Positions 27,207 to 37,129 of a stretch of DNA of 64,000 nt are shown here, piece by piece. A program made the translations under genes and the position numbers. Source of the DNA: Candidatus Wolfebacteria bacterium RIFOXYD12_FULL_48_21 (GTDB lineage Bacteria > Patescibacteriota > Minisyncoccia > UBA6257 > UBA9933); NCBI GenBank assembly GCA_001793945.1, contig MGIW01000003.1, forward strand, positions 65,630-129,629, in the 5' to 3' direction. Below the pieces are notes generated by a model, which saw only the letters and a program-made list of their open reading frames with translations, was not told the origin of the DNA and made no database searches. The first letter of the stretch is position 1; each line of letters begins with the position of its first letter.

Positions 27207-27914
27207 ATGCAACGATTTCTTATGGCATGCGCGTTGAGCTTTATCTGGTCGCTCGTTTCGCTTGAACTTGGTTCCCTGTGGTGGATCGGCCTGATCAGCG
27301 GTTTCGTTGCCGGCTATATCGGTTACGATGCTCGCGGTGCGGCCGATGCCGTTTCGCGCGCATGGGTGGTAGCACAAAGCGGCGTGCTGACTTCTCAACT
27401 GCCTAAGGAACGCTTGCGTCTCTGTTGTTATTTATTCGGCGGAGGCGCATCGGTCATGTTATCCATCATCACTTTGTTCTTTATCGTGGGAGTGACGAAG
27501 GGTATTTTACACAAAGTTCCTTTCGAGGCGCTTGGAGTGTTTTCGTTATTCATGTCAGCGATCTATGCAATACCCGCCCGTTGCGATAATATCGCAAGCG
27601 CATCCAAATGCATTATGGCTACCCATCCGATTCCACTCTTCTTCTGGCATATTCCGCGCGGGTTCATTTGGGTCATCGCGCGCATTCCCACTGCCGGAGC
27701 GATTGCGTATCTCTTTTGCTCGTCGTTCATTTGCACGACATTCAAGTATGTCCACTCGAATGCACGCCTGCTGTTTGGCATCGATGTCGCCATCGGCGTT
27801 GCCGTTGGCTATTATACCGGCAGCGCGCTGATCGGCGGGCTCGCCGGCGGCATATGGTGGCTCTTGGACTGGCATTTGATCTCGATCAAGGTCATGGGCC
27901 TGAAAGCCGCCTAA
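27207..27914 (+). CDS. Hypothetical polytopic membrane protein
   Basis: RBS GGAGGtgtaccATG at 27207. ~7 TM helices. Terminator at 27925-27965. Confidence 0.45.
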   Translation: MQRFLMACALSFIWSLVSLELGSLWWIGLISGFVAGYIGYDARGAADAVSRAWVVAQSGVLTSQLPKERLRLCCYLFGGGASVMLSIITLFFIVGVTKGILHKVPFEALGVFSLFMSAIYAIPARCDNIASASKCIMATHPIPLFFWHIPRGFIWVIARIPTAGAIAYLFCSSFICTTFKYVHSNARLLFGIDVAIGVAVGYYTGSALIGGLAGGIWWLLDWHLISIKVMGLKAA

Positions 27915-27981
27915 CCCGCCTCCGTATCGTTTCCCCTAAGCCGCGACCCTGTCGCGGCTTTTTTCCTTTTATAGTAGAAAG

Positions 27982-28065
27982 GGTATTTGTCACCCCGGCG
28001 AAGGCCGGGGTCCAGAAGCGCAGATACATGGCTCTGGATACCGGCCTCCGCCGGTATGACAATGC
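27982..28065. repeat. MITE-like repeat
   Basis: TGTCACCCCGGCGAAGGCCGGGGTCCAG ... GGATACCGGCCTCCGCCGGTATGACAA. Confidence 0.6.
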
Positions 28066-28239
28066 AGGGGTGGCGTATGTACGCCTTCGCAAGGCGTACA
28101 TATGGCTATTAAAGACTGAACTAACAATGCCCTTTGTTGCCGTATTTTGTCATATGTTATTCGTCATCTGTCATTAGTTAACCCCGGTTGACATCCCGGG
28201 GCGAAAAATGTAGTATGGAAACACTATTTATCAGACACT

Positions 28240-28506
28240 ATGCCAAATACAAAGACAGCAGAAAAGGCAAATCGCCAGAATACACGCCGCAAGATCCGCA
28301 ATGTAAAGCAAAAAGATATCTTGAAGGGCTCCATCAAGGAATACAAGAAGCTTGTTGCCGGAAACCAAACGGAGGCCGCCGAAAAGCAGCTTTCCACGGT
28401 CTTCAAGAAACTCGACAAGGCCGCCAAGACCAATATCATCAAGAAGAACAAGGCAAGCCGGTTGAAGTCACGACTTTCAAAGAAGGTCAGTACTCCTGCC
28501 AAATAA
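28240..28506 (+). CDS. rpsT: 30S ribosomal protein S20
   Basis: MPNTKTAEKANRQNTRRKIRN N-terminus is typical of S20. 88 aa. Terminator at 28508-28545. Confidence 0.85.
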   Translation: MPNTKTAEKANRQNTRRKIRNVKQKDILKGSIKEYKKLVAGNQTEAAEKQLSTVFKKLDKAAKTNIIKKNKASRLKSRLSKKVSTPAK

Positions 28507-28507
28507 A

Positions 28508-28545
28508 AAAATCCTTCGTCATATGACGAAGGATTTTTTTATTTA
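28508..28545 (+). terminator. Intrinsic terminator after rpsT
   Basis: AAAAAAATCCTTCGTCATATGACGAAGGATTTTTTTA. Confidence 0.75.
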
Positions 28546-28547
28546 AC

Positions 28548-28800
28548 CATATTGCAGTGGATTTCCGTCTCCACGGGAATGGCAATGCGGGGGAAATAAC
28601 CTATGACTAATAACCTATGACTAATAACGGGATGCGGGGAGGGTGGCAATGCGAGACGCCGGTCATTCCGAGTGAAGCACCTGCCTGCCGGTAGGCAGGG
28701 CACTCTGCGGAACCGATGAATCTGCAGCAGATCCCTCGATTCCTCCGTCCGCCAGCCGGCGGACGGATCCACTCGGGATGACAAACACGACGGTGTCTTA
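28548..28800. repeat. MITE-like repeat cluster (composite with ATAACCTATGACTAATAAC submotif)
   Basis: GGATTTCCGTCTCCACGGGAATGGCAA, GGTCATTCCGAGTGAAGCACCTGCCTGCCGGTAGGCAGG, CTCGGGATGACAA. Confidence 0.55.
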
Positions 28801-31185
28801 TTTCTCGTGTCCGCTTATTCCCCCTTCCAGTTCTTTCAATACTTCCTCGAGGGATTTTCCTTTTATTTCCTTTTCCGTGCCCGAATGCGGCCACTCGACC
28901 TGCTTCACTTCTTCATTGATCGGCCTTCGTGGTTCGCGATCCTCGTTTCGCGGATGACGGCTACCGCCCAAACCCGGACGGCGGTCGCCATGAGTTCGTC
29001 CTCCGCCATGGCCTCCCCGCTCAGGGCGCGGACCTTCGCCGCGCGCATCGCGCGACAGCTCATCGCGCTGTGGGCCGCGATCTTCCTTTGGGATCATCGC
29101 CTTTACCGACAGCGAGAGCTTGCCCTGTTCGGCGCGGATGACCTTGGCCACCACTTCATCGCCGATGCTCGCCACATCGCTTATCTTTTCCACAAATCCG
29201 TTCTTGAATTCAGAGATGTGCACCATGCCATCACGGCCTCCGCCAATGTCTACGACGGCTCCGAAATCGAGCAACTTAATGATCTTTCCGCTTACAACCT
29301 CGCCTACTTCAAATTCCTTCAATAGACTTTCTATGACACGCTTTGCGGCCTCCGCCTTTTCATATCCGATCGAAGCGATCGAGACCGTGCCGTCGTCTTC
29401 GATGTTAATGGTAATGACGCCCGTATCGGCAATGATGCCGTTAATCGTCTTTCCGCCTGATCCGATGACTGTACCGATCTTTTCCGGATCGATCTTCATA
29501 GATATGATCGACGGAGCGTACGGCGACAACTGCTTGCGCGGTTCCGCTATGGCACCCTTCATGACATCGAGTATCTGCAAGCGCGCCTTCTTTGCCTGTA
29601 CCAATGTATCTTTCAATATCTGCACGGTAATACCTTCGATCTTCACATCCATCTGCATGGCTGTGATGCCGTCGGTCGTTCCTGCAACTTTGCAGTCCAT
29701 GTCTCCATAATGATCTTCCGGGCCTTGAATGTCGGTCAGCACCTTATAGTTTCCCGCATGATCCATGACCATGCCCATGGCGATGCCGCCAACAGGCTTT
29801 TTAAGCGGAACACCCGCGTCCATGAGCGACAAGGTCGCCGCACAGGTGGTCGCCATGGAAGACGAACCATTTGATGCGAGCACTTCCGACACTACGCGAA
29901 TGATATACGGAAATTCTTCCTTAGTCGGGAGCATCCATTCGATTGCCTTTTTGGCCAATGAACCATGCCCGAGTTCGCGGCGGCCTACTCCGCCCATGCG
30001 CTTTACCTCGCCAACGGAATACGGCGGGAAGTTATAGTGCAACATGAAACGCTTCTTTCCTGATGTTTCGATCGTTTCCACAAGCTGTTCGTCGCCCGGT
30101 GCGCCCAGCGTCGTTACTGCCAACGCCTGCGTTGCTCCGCGCATAAACAAGCCGGTTCCGTGCAGTCGCTTAAACAAACCGACTTCACCATACAGCGAAC
30201 GAATCTCATCCATCGCGCGGCCATCCGGCCTGCGACCTTGTTCCAAAATGTTCCTGTGCATCAATGCATCGATCTCCGCTTCGAGGATTGCGGCAACTCC
30301 AGCCAAATCTTCATACCCCGCCTCTTTGAGATGGGTTTCCATATCCGTTTTAATGCCATGCATTTTGCGCTTCAATTCAACCTTATCGGTGCCATATACG
30401 CCATCCTCCAGCTTGCCCTCCAAAAATGCGTGTACCCGTTTTACCAACTCTTCGTTGCGCGGCACAAATACATCATCGAGCTTTTTCTTGCCGAGCTTTG
30501 CCTGCACTTCCTTTTGGAATACGCACATTTTCTTGATCGCTTCATGCGCCTGCGCAAACCCTTCCACTACTTCGTCTTCGGTCGCTTCGTTGCCCGCAAG
30601 CTCGATCATGTTGATGCGATCTTCTGTCGCGCCGATGAATGCCTCATAGGCAACCTTTGTCTTGTCTTCTATCTTCGTGTTTTCCGGGTTCAGCATGAAC
30701 TCGCCGTCTTTCGTCTTTGCCATGCGCACGCCGCCGATAGGTCCATTCCACGGAATATCGGACATCATCAACACGGACGACGCCGTCAAAAATGCCACAA
30801 AATCCGGATCGTTCTCTCCGTCGTATGACAAGATCGTGATGATCACCTGCACATCGCGGCGCAGGTCGTGGTTAAACAACGGGCGTATGGCCCGATCGAT
30901 CATGCGGCCCGAAAGCACCGCCTCGTCGGACGGTCGCCCTTCGCGGCGCATAAAGCGGCTGCCGAGGATCTTCCCAGCGGCATAAAACCGCTCCTCGTAA
31001 TCAACGGTAAGCGGAAAGAAGTCCGTCGGGCGATTAGAGTCGCCCATGACCGCGGTTACCAGCACCGCGGTGTCGCCATAACTTCCGATGGCGGAGGCGT
31101 TTGCCTGATTCGCCAAACTTGAAACCGTCAGCGTGAACGGCTTACCTGCAACATCGAGTATAAACTCTTGCTTTGGTAACTGCAT
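28798..31185 (-). CDS. pnp: Polyribonucleotide nucleotidyltransferase (PNPase) with Arg/Gly/Glu/Pro-rich C-terminal tail
   Basis: Two RNase PH domains, KH and S1 domains (GEVVSGKIIKLLDFGAVV). Low-complexity ~120-aa C-terminal extension. Start assumed at MQLPKQEF. Confidence 0.9.
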   Translation of the reverse strand: MQLPKQEFILDVAGKPFTLTVSSLANQANASAIGSYGDTAVLVTAVMGDSNRPTDFFPLTVDYEERFYAAGKILGSRFMRREGRPSDEAVLSGRMIDRAIRPLFNHDLRRDVQVIITILSYDGENDPDFVAFLTASSVLMMSDIPWNGPIGGVRMAKTKDGEFMLNPENTKIEDKTKVAYEAFIGATEDRINMIELAGNEATEDEVVEGFAQAHEAIKKMCVFQKEVQAKLGKKKLDDVFVPRNEELVKRVHAFLEGKLEDGVYGTDKVELKRKMHGIKTDMETHLKEAGYEDLAGVAAILEAEIDALMHRNILEQGRRPDGRAMDEIRSLYGEVGLFKRLHGTGLFMRGATQALAVTTLGAPGDEQLVETIETSGKKRFMLHYNFPPYSVGEVKRMGGVGRRELGHGSLAKKAIEWMLPTKEEFPYIIRVVSEVLASNGSSSMATTCAATLSLMDAGVPLKKPVGGIAMGMVMDHAGNYKVLTDIQGPEDHYGDMDCKVAGTTDGITAMQMDVKIEGITVQILKDTLVQAKKARLQILDVMKGAIAEPRKQLSPYAPSIISMKIDPEKIGTVIGSGGKTINGIIADTGVITINIEDDGTVSIASIGYEKAEAAKRVIESLLKEFEVGEVVSGKIIKLLDFGAVVDIGGGRDGMVHISEFKNGFVEKISDVASIGDEVVAKVIRAEQGKLSLSVKAMIPKEDRGPQRDELSRDARGEGPRPERGGHGGGRTHGDRRPGLGGSRHPRNEDREPRRPINEEVKQVEWPHSGTEKEIKGKSLEEVLKELEGGISGHEK

Positions 31186-31334
31186 TTTTATTGTCGTCCC
31201 CTTGCTTCCCGATACTGAAATACCGGACACATTACAACCACACTGCAGTCCATAATTTAAAATTTTAAATTTTAAATTTAAAATTGGGTTTGCCCTGCAG
31301 GGCAATTGGCTCTGTCCACTATTTCACATACGGT

Positions 31335-31868
31335 TCAGCGGGACTGTTTACTAATCCTTGTTTTTAATAATATCCTTGGTATATCCTTGAGGTCAATGTA
31401 CAGGTCGGTCGCTTCGCGCAGCTTTGCGCTTGTCGTGCGCCCAAACCCGGCCACTTCCACCAATTTTCCCTTTCCCCACTTCAGATACTCCACCAACGGA
31501 GCAAAATCTCCGTCGCCGGTGACCAAAATGACCACATCGAGCGAGTCCGCCATGCGGATCGCATCGACTGCCATACCTACATCCCAGTCTGCCTTTTTCA
31601 TGCCACCCGGGTACACCTGCAGGTCTTTCATGCGCAGATCGATGCCTGCTTTTAACAACGCATCAAAAAACGAAGCCTCAGCGGTGAGTTCTTCGTTTTG
31701 TGATTCGCTCTTTACCACATAGCCGAGCGCGCGGATAAGTTTCCGCTCGCCTACCAAGCTCTTCATCAGCTCTTGGTAGTTGATCCGGCTATGATACAGA
31801 TTTTTTGCCGAATGATAGAGATTCTGAACATCGATAAAAATGCCGATTCGTTGTTCTCTATGCCTCAT
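31335..31868 (-). CDS. NYN-domain (LabA-like) protein, second paralog
   Basis: IGIFIDVQNL and DVVILVTGDGDFAPL motifs. Sits between rpsO and pnp. Confidence 0.65.
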   Translation of the reverse strand: MRHREQRIGIFIDVQNLYHSAKNLYHSRINYQELMKSLVGERKLIRALGYVVKSESQNEELTAEASFFDALLKAGIDLRMKDLQVYPGGMKKADWDVGMAVDAIRMADSLDVVILVTGDGDFAPLVEYLKWGKGKLVEVAGFGRTTSAKLREATDLYIDLKDIPRILLKTRISKQSR

Positions 31869-32134
31869 TATTTCTTGAGATTAAGCTTTTTGAGGATCTT
31901 TTCGTATCCTGCTGTGTTGGTCTTGGAAAGGTAGGCCAACAGTCTCTTTCTTTTTCCTACCATTTTCAAAAGACCTCTTCGGGAATGATTATCCTTCGGG
32001 TTTATCTTCAGGTGGTCGGTGAGTTCGGCGATCTGCCGGGTGAGCATCGCGATTTGCACATCAGCGGAGCCGGTGTCGGCGTCGCTTGTTTTGTGCTCTT
32101 TTACGATATTCGCTTTTGTTCGTTTTGTAAGCAT
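31868..32134 (-). CDS. rpsO: 30S ribosomal protein S15
   Basis: C-terminal [28 protein letters not shown] is S15-specific. The ORF N-terminal extension overlaps the upstream gene, so start assumed at MLTKRTK. Confidence 0.85.
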   Translation of the reverse strand: MLTKRTKANIVKEHKTSDADTGSADVQIAMLTRQIAELTDHLKINPKDNHSRRGLLKMVGKRKRLLAYLSKTNTAGYEKILKKLNLKK

Positions 32135-32216
32135 CGGATTTACTATAGCAGAATACCCTAAATAATGCAAGCCCCTTATGCGGGGGGGGTGCGACATACT
32201 CCAGACATGCAGCCCG

Positions 32217-33098
32217 TTACCTAACCCTGCAACAAGTCGCAATGCAAGTCGGACCGGGGCAATTAACCCTATCCATCATGGACAGGTAATAACCGTTACT
32301 ACAAGTTGCCCTTGATGAGGCGTCCACATTATAACAGCTGCCCCATGTATCCGTTATGGCCCCCATCTGTGTTATCGTCTTGCAACTTGATCCATTTATA
32401 TCGCAATAATTTCCGGAATTGATTTGCGTTGCCTTTGCGGTTCCGTTAACATCGAGTCTATACCCCGGCGTCGCCGTACCAATACCAACATTTCCACCCA
32501 TAGCATTGATGGCCAATGGTCGCGTTGAAAAACTTGTGCCTTGTTGAGCTGACTGTATGTAGGCTATGTCATTTGTTGCATCGGCTCCAAGTAGTAATTC
32601 GCTATCTGTTGACGCAGAGTATAGCGCTATGCCGGCAGTGTTTTCTGTACTATATGTCGAGGCTTTGTTTATTTGCAACATTCCTTGTGTAGGATTAGTT
32701 GTCCCGATACCGACATTGCCGGCTTTCATATAAAAATCGCTGTTCGTTCCGGTGCGGCTGATCAAAAAATCAATACCATCCTTGTTGGACAAATAATATT
32801 TTTCCGTTCCCGCATTTGCAAAAACCAAAGAAAGGTCCCCGCTTCCGCCGCCATCGGCATCGTTAAAAATTATTTTTGGTGCCAAAGATGCAGAAACATG
32901 CAGAATGCCTTGCGGGGCCGCCGTGCCAATGCCGATATTACCACCGCTTGCCTTGAGCGTTCCCGAACCTAACGGCGGATTGCTTGTAGGGCTCGTCCAC
33001 GCAAGGCCCTCGCGGGCTACCAATGCAATGCCAACACTCATCGTAGCTATTGCGAACAATTGCAAACCGAGTTTTATGTTGGTGTTCATTGAATACAA
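32217..33098 (-). CDS. Secreted protein with phage tail-fibre-like GNVGIGT repeats and Cys-rich C-terminus
   Basis: Signal peptide. Repeats [16 protein letters not shown] / [17 protein letters not shown] / [17 protein letters not shown]-terminus [21 protein letters not shown] is shared with the adjacent pilin-like paralog. Confidence 0.45.
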   Translation of the reverse strand: MYSMNTNIKLGLQLFAIATMSVGIALVAREGLAWTSPTSNPPLGSGTLKASGGNIGIGTAAPQGILHVSASLAPKIIFNDADGGGSGDLSLVFANAGTEKYYLSNKDGIDFLISRTGTNSDFYMKAGNVGIGTTNPTQGMLQINKASTYSTENTAGIALYSASTDSELLLGADATNDIAYIQSAQQGTSFSTRPLAINAMGGNVGIGTATPGYRLDVNGTAKATQINSGNYCDINGSSCKTITQMGAITDTWGSCYNVDASSRATCSNGYYLSMMDRVNCPGPTCIATCCRVR

Positions 33099-33124
33099 TA
33101 TACCATATTTTAGTATGTTATTCC

Positions 33125-33250
33125 TGCGAAATCAGCCCGTCGGCTGACGGATATATCGGCTCTATAGATTCCTGCCGGAGTTTATCCCGTACTTGATACG
33201 GGACCCGCGTTCGGAATGACAAACGGGGCGGGAATGACTCCGTAAAGTCC
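33125..33250. repeat. MITE-like repeat cluster
   Basis: CGTCGGCTGACGG ... CGGAATGACAAACGGGGCGGGAATGAC. Confidence 0.5.
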
Positions 33251-33406
33251 GCCATTGGCGGGCTGCGGGGCAAGCAAAGAGAAGATTAAAGATAATAAAA
33301 AAACTGTGAGTGCAAATTCAAAAATCCTTTCTATGAATATACCAAAACCGCATGCAAATTGCATGCGGCCCCACATCTTCATTGACGCCATAGATTGGCG
33401 AGGTCA

Positions 33407-34480
33407 TCAATAACAATACGCTGCTATTCCTACATGGGTATAATAGCAAGCGACATTGTACGCACCGTTATAGTTATATGTCGTTATGCAAGATTTTCCA
33501 ACTGATACACATATTGCGTCTCCTGTCGTGTTCGCACCAGCGAAACTTACTGCAGTGATTGTACTCCCCCCCATCGCCGCTATCGTTTTGCAGTTTGAGC
33601 CGCTATCATCGCAATAATTTCCGGAATTGACCTGCGTTGCCTTTGCGATTCCGTTTACATCCAATTTCGCCCCGGGATTTGTCGTCCCAATCCCCACATT
33701 CCCCGCTACATTGGAATACATATTCGTAGACGTGGCGAGCCACAACGAAGAACCGAGGTCGCCCCATGTGCCATTTGCCTTGCCGCGGAAGGACTTGCTG
33801 GTGGAATTATAATAGATGGAGCCGTCTATGCCGGATGGGTCGCTGGAAATGACGCCCAGGTTAAGGAGGTTAGAGAGGGATATGTTCTTCCATCGCTTGG
33901 TTCCGGAAAAACCGACCTCGTAGCTATTGTCCGCATTGGGGAGCAGGTCGGAGTCAAAGGTAGCGGCGGAAACACGGGAAATGCCTGAACGCAATGCACG
34001 GGATATTTTACTGGGGCCGGTGGCGGTATTGGAAAACTGCAGGTCGACCGCAACTTGGTCGTGGCCGCCGGGGAACTCTACGCGCTTGAAAAATGCGGTG
34101 TCGACGATGACTTTACTGGTGGTGAGGTCGGTGGATGCGGATGCGCAGTTCTGCTTTTGAAATTCATCTGGGCCGGAAGACATCTTTAAGACACCATCTT
34201 CTACAAAGATGCAGGTTGGGTCAAGCGCGGGATCATTCATGCGCAGCTTGAGCGTGCCGGTTGTAGTGGTAGCCGTTTCTATGGCCGAAGATTCACGGAC
34301 CAAACGGGAAACCGTTTCCATGGCGAACTGCAGTTGACTGGAAACTTCATCGCCCGATATTTCCTGCGTGGAAATGCGGACCACATTGGTAAGAATGCCA
34401 AACAACGATCCACCGATGATGGCGAAGATGCCGAGGTACAACAATGTTTCCAACAAAGAGAAGCCGCGGGTGCGTTTCAT
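33407..34480 (-). CDS. Type IV pilin-like protein (class III signal peptide) with large C-terminal tail-fibre-repeat / Cys-rich domain
   Basis: N-terminus MKRTRGFSLLETLLYLGIFAIIGG resembles a prepilin leader and hydrophobic helix (G-F-S-L-L-E). C-terminal [45 protein letters not shown] is paralogous to 32217..33098. Confidence 0.55.
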   Translation of the reverse strand: MKRTRGFSLLETLLYLGIFAIIGGSLFGILTNVVRISTQEISGDEVSSQLQFAMETVSRLVRESSAIETATTTTGTLKLRMNDPALDPTCIFVEDGVLKMSSGPDEFQKQNCASASTDLTTSKVIVDTAFFKRVEFPGGHDQVAVDLQFSNTATGPSKISRALRSGISRVSAATFDSDLLPNADNSYEVGFSGTKRWKNISLSNLLNLGVISSDPSGIDGSIYYNSTSKSFRGKANGTWGDLGSSLWLATSTNMYSNVAGNVGIGTTNPGAKLDVNGIAKATQVNSGNYCDDSGSNCKTIAAMGGSTITAVSFAGANTTGDAICVSVGKSCITTYNYNGAYNVACYYTHVGIAAYCY

Positions 34481-34551
34481 GGGGTTATTATAGCATATTG
34501 GGGGCGGGGAGGTATAAGGTATAGGATATACGGTATACGGTATGGGAGGGA

Positions 34552-34995
34552 GTGTCATCCCGAGTGCAATGCAGCGAAGCGGAATGAAATCGAGGGAGCT
34601 GCAGTAAAAAACAGATTCCTCGACAAGCTCGGAATGACATACAAACTACTGCAGATTTCTCGACTGCGCGGAGTACCCTGCCTACCGGCAGGCAGGCGCT
34701 CCGCTCAGAATGACAATTCGCGGAGGGGCGGCAATGCAAAACACTGGATTCCGGATCAAGTCCGGAATGACAAGGCGGGAAAATAACCGATGACTGATAA
34801 CCGATGACTAATAACAGGATGCCTCGGGCGAACCACAGGGCAAGTAATGCGGGGAGGGGTGTCATCCCGTGCCACGACACGGGATCCAGAGTTTTCTGCA
34901 GTAGCGACGCTTAAGCATATAGAATCTGGATACCGGCCGGAGTTTATCCTGATCCGCCAGCCGGCGGACGAATGAGCCGGTATGACAATGCAAAT
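34552..34995. repeat. Large composite MITE-like repeat cluster (~440 bp, at least 5 units)
   Basis: TGTCATCCCGAGTGCAATGCAGCGAAGCGGAATGAAATCGAGGGAGCTG, CTCGGAATGACAT, CTCAGAATGACAA, GTCCGGAATGACAA, TGTCATCCCGTGCCACGACACGGGATCCAG, GCCGGTATGACAA. Confidence 0.6.
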
Positions 34996-35014
34996 GTAAC
35001 GACGTCCGACATCG

Positions 35015-35695
35015 TTACATTGTCCTTTTCCCGTACTGCGCGCGCCATGCGTCTATTTTTTTATGATCGCCTGAAACCAATACCGGTGGGACTTTATATT
35101 TTTTTCCTTTAAACACAAACTCGCTTGGGCGCGTATATGCCGGTACGCCGACGCCGTGGCGCAATTCTTCGAGCGACTCACCTTTCCCTAATACGCCGCC
35201 GATCTTACGCGAAAGCGCATCTACTAGCACCATGGCCGGCAATTCTCCGCCGGTCAACACATATGGCCCGATGGACAATTCTTCCGTTTTAAATCCCATA
35301 TCCTTTACGATCTTTTTCACACGCTCGTCCATGCCTTCATAATGCGCGCAGATCAATATGAGCCGTTTTATTTTTTTTGCGGTCTTATTTGCGTACGCAT
35401 CGTCGATTTGCTTGCCGCCCGGGGCAAAAAATACGACGCTCGTTTCCTTTTCGAATTTTTTGGTTTTTTTTGCCACCGCCGCAATGGCCTTTATGAGCGG
35501 CTCGATCTTCATGACCATGCCCGGTCCGCCGCCAAACGGCCTGTCATCCGTTTTATGGTGCTTGTCGGTGGCATACGCCCGCAAGTCATGTACATGTATT
35601 TGTATCAGTTTCTTTTCCTGCGCCCGCTTTAAAATAGACTCATTCAGATATGAGTCGAATATATGCGGGAAAATTGTGATGATGTCGAAACGCAT
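35015..35695 (-). CDS. trmD: tRNA (guanine37-N1)-methyltransferase
   Basis: SPOUT-fold TrmD motifs (MRFDIITIFP..., YEGMDERV, VLTGGELPAMVLVDA). Confidence 0.9.
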   Translation of the reverse strand: MRFDIITIFPHIFDSYLNESILKRAQEKKLIQIHVHDLRAYATDKHHKTDDRPFGGGPGMVMKIEPLIKAIAAVAKKTKKFEKETSVVFFAPGGKQIDDAYANKTAKKIKRLILICAHYEGMDERVKKIVKDMGFKTEELSIGPYVLTGGELPAMVLVDALSRKIGGVLGKGESLEELRHGVGVPAYTRPSEFVFKGKKYKVPPVLVSGDHKKIDAWRAQYGKRTM

Positions 35696-35870
35696 AAGGG
35701 GGCAGAGATTAGAGGTTGGAGATATGAGGTGAGAAATACTAAAGCAGGTTTACTTATTTGCTGATTTCTCTTTTGTCGTATACCCTTATAATATCGATAT
35801 GTGGTGAATTTGCAATCGACCCCCATCTTCCCTCACACCTCTAATCTCCGTTCTCCTATCTCTCATTCCC

Positions 35871-36713
35871 ATGATTCACTTCCTCCATGGTGCCGACGCC
35901 TATCGGCGCGAACACCGCCTCCGCGAACTGATTGCGGCATATCAAAAAAAATATGACACCCGCTCGGTCGGCAGGTTTGATTTCGATACCGAAGACGATA
36001 TTTTGCGCTTCAAGGATTTTTGCGCCCAGCAGACGATGTTCGAGACCAAACGCCTTGCCGTGATCGATGCCGTGTTTTCCATCAAAGGGTCCGAGGAGGC
36101 GCAGCATATTCTTAAAGCAACGCTAAGCAACAAAGATGTGATCGTTTTCATATCCGAGCTTACCGACGAGACCAACCCGCGCCCGCGGGAACGGGTGCTT
36201 GTTCCTAAAGATCTGCTTTTTTTGCTCAACGCTCCGGCGATCGCCGAAATGTTCGAACCGCTTTCCGACGCAAAGCTCGCTTTCTTTATTTCCGCCGAGG
36301 CAAAGAAGCACTCGATCGCGCTTTCTCCAGAAGCAGCCGATTTTCTTGTATTCGCATTGCGCCGCGATACGCAACTCATTATGAACGAATTGGAAAAGAT
36401 CGCGCTCTATTACAACGAACCTTCGCGGGAACTCTCGCGCCAAGATGTCGAGCTGCTCGTTGACTACCTTGAGTCCCCCGACATATTCGCCTTTACCAAC
36501 GCGGTATCCAAGCAGGGCCCGCTTGCGAGCCGGCTTACACCGCTGGAACGCCTATTCATGAACCGCGAAGAATCCGCAAAAATATTCAACATATTTGCAA
36601 AAAACCCATTCATCGATCTGGCGACCGTGCGCATGTTGGCCGATCACGACATTCTCATAAAATCCGGCAAGCTCGATTACGAAACCGCTTTGCTTGACTG
36701 CTGCTTTAAATAA
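35871..36713 (+). CDS. holA: DNA polymerase III delta subunit
   Basis: N-terminal MIHFLHGADAYRREHRL resembles the HolA start. 280 aa with a winged-helix C-terminal region. Confidence 0.6.
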   Translation: MIHFLHGADAYRREHRLRELIAAYQKKYDTRSVGRFDFDTEDDILRFKDFCAQQTMFETKRLAVIDAVFSIKGSEEAQHILKATLSNKDVIVFISELTDETNPRPRERVLVPKDLLFLLNAPAIAEMFEPLSDAKLAFFISAEAKKHSIALSPEAADFLVFALRRDTQLIMNELEKIALYYNEPSRELSRQDVELLVDYLESPDIFAFTNAVSKQGPLASRLTPLERLFMNREESAKIFNIFAKNPFIDLATVRMLADHDILIKSGKLDYETALLDCCFK

Positions 36714-36811
36714 CCGATAACCTAAAACCAATAACCCATAACAAAAATGCCGCGTAATGCGGTATTTCATATTCCTTGCTCTCTTTAAAATCTCCTTGTG
36801 TTGATTTTGTC

Positions 36812-36882
36812 ATTCCCGCGGAGGCGGGAATCTATTATAATACTGGATCCCCGCCTCCGCGAGGATGACACAGGGGCAATGT
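36812..36882. repeat. MITE-like repeat
   Basis: TGTCATTCCCGCGGAGGCGGGAATC...GGATCCCCGCCTCCGCGAGGATGACA. Confidence 0.65.
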
Positions 36883-36899
36883 GTTACTTAGAGATGAGT

Positions 36900-37052
36900 T
36901 TATTCCCCACTATACAATGCCAATGCTTCGTCAAGATTTTCCAAGGCTTCCTTTTTTGTCTTTCCAAAGCTGGAAATATCAACATTAAGACACTGAGCAA
37001 CATAATATTTCCCCTCTTTCCATATTGCTATTTTTAGATCTATTTTTCGCAT
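36900..37052 (-). CDS. HicB-like (UPF0150) antitoxin, orphan
   Basis: 50-aa ORF below the ORF-track cutoff: MRKIDLKIAIWKEGKYYVAQCLNVDISSFGKTKKEALENLDEALALYSGE. It matches the HicB N-terminal fold pattern (YyyAxCpelpGcxsqGxTxEEALeNxkEAlxLY). No hicA partner is adjacent and a MITE lies immediately downstream. Confidence 0.5.
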   Translation of the reverse strand: MRKIDLKIAIWKEGKYYVAQCLNVDISSFGKTKKEALENLDEALALYSGE

Positions 37053-37129
37053 ATTTGTAGCCTTATTCATATATCTTATAACAAAGAGGTGTGTTTAGTC
37101 AAAAATAACGACATCGTAAGTCGTTATTT

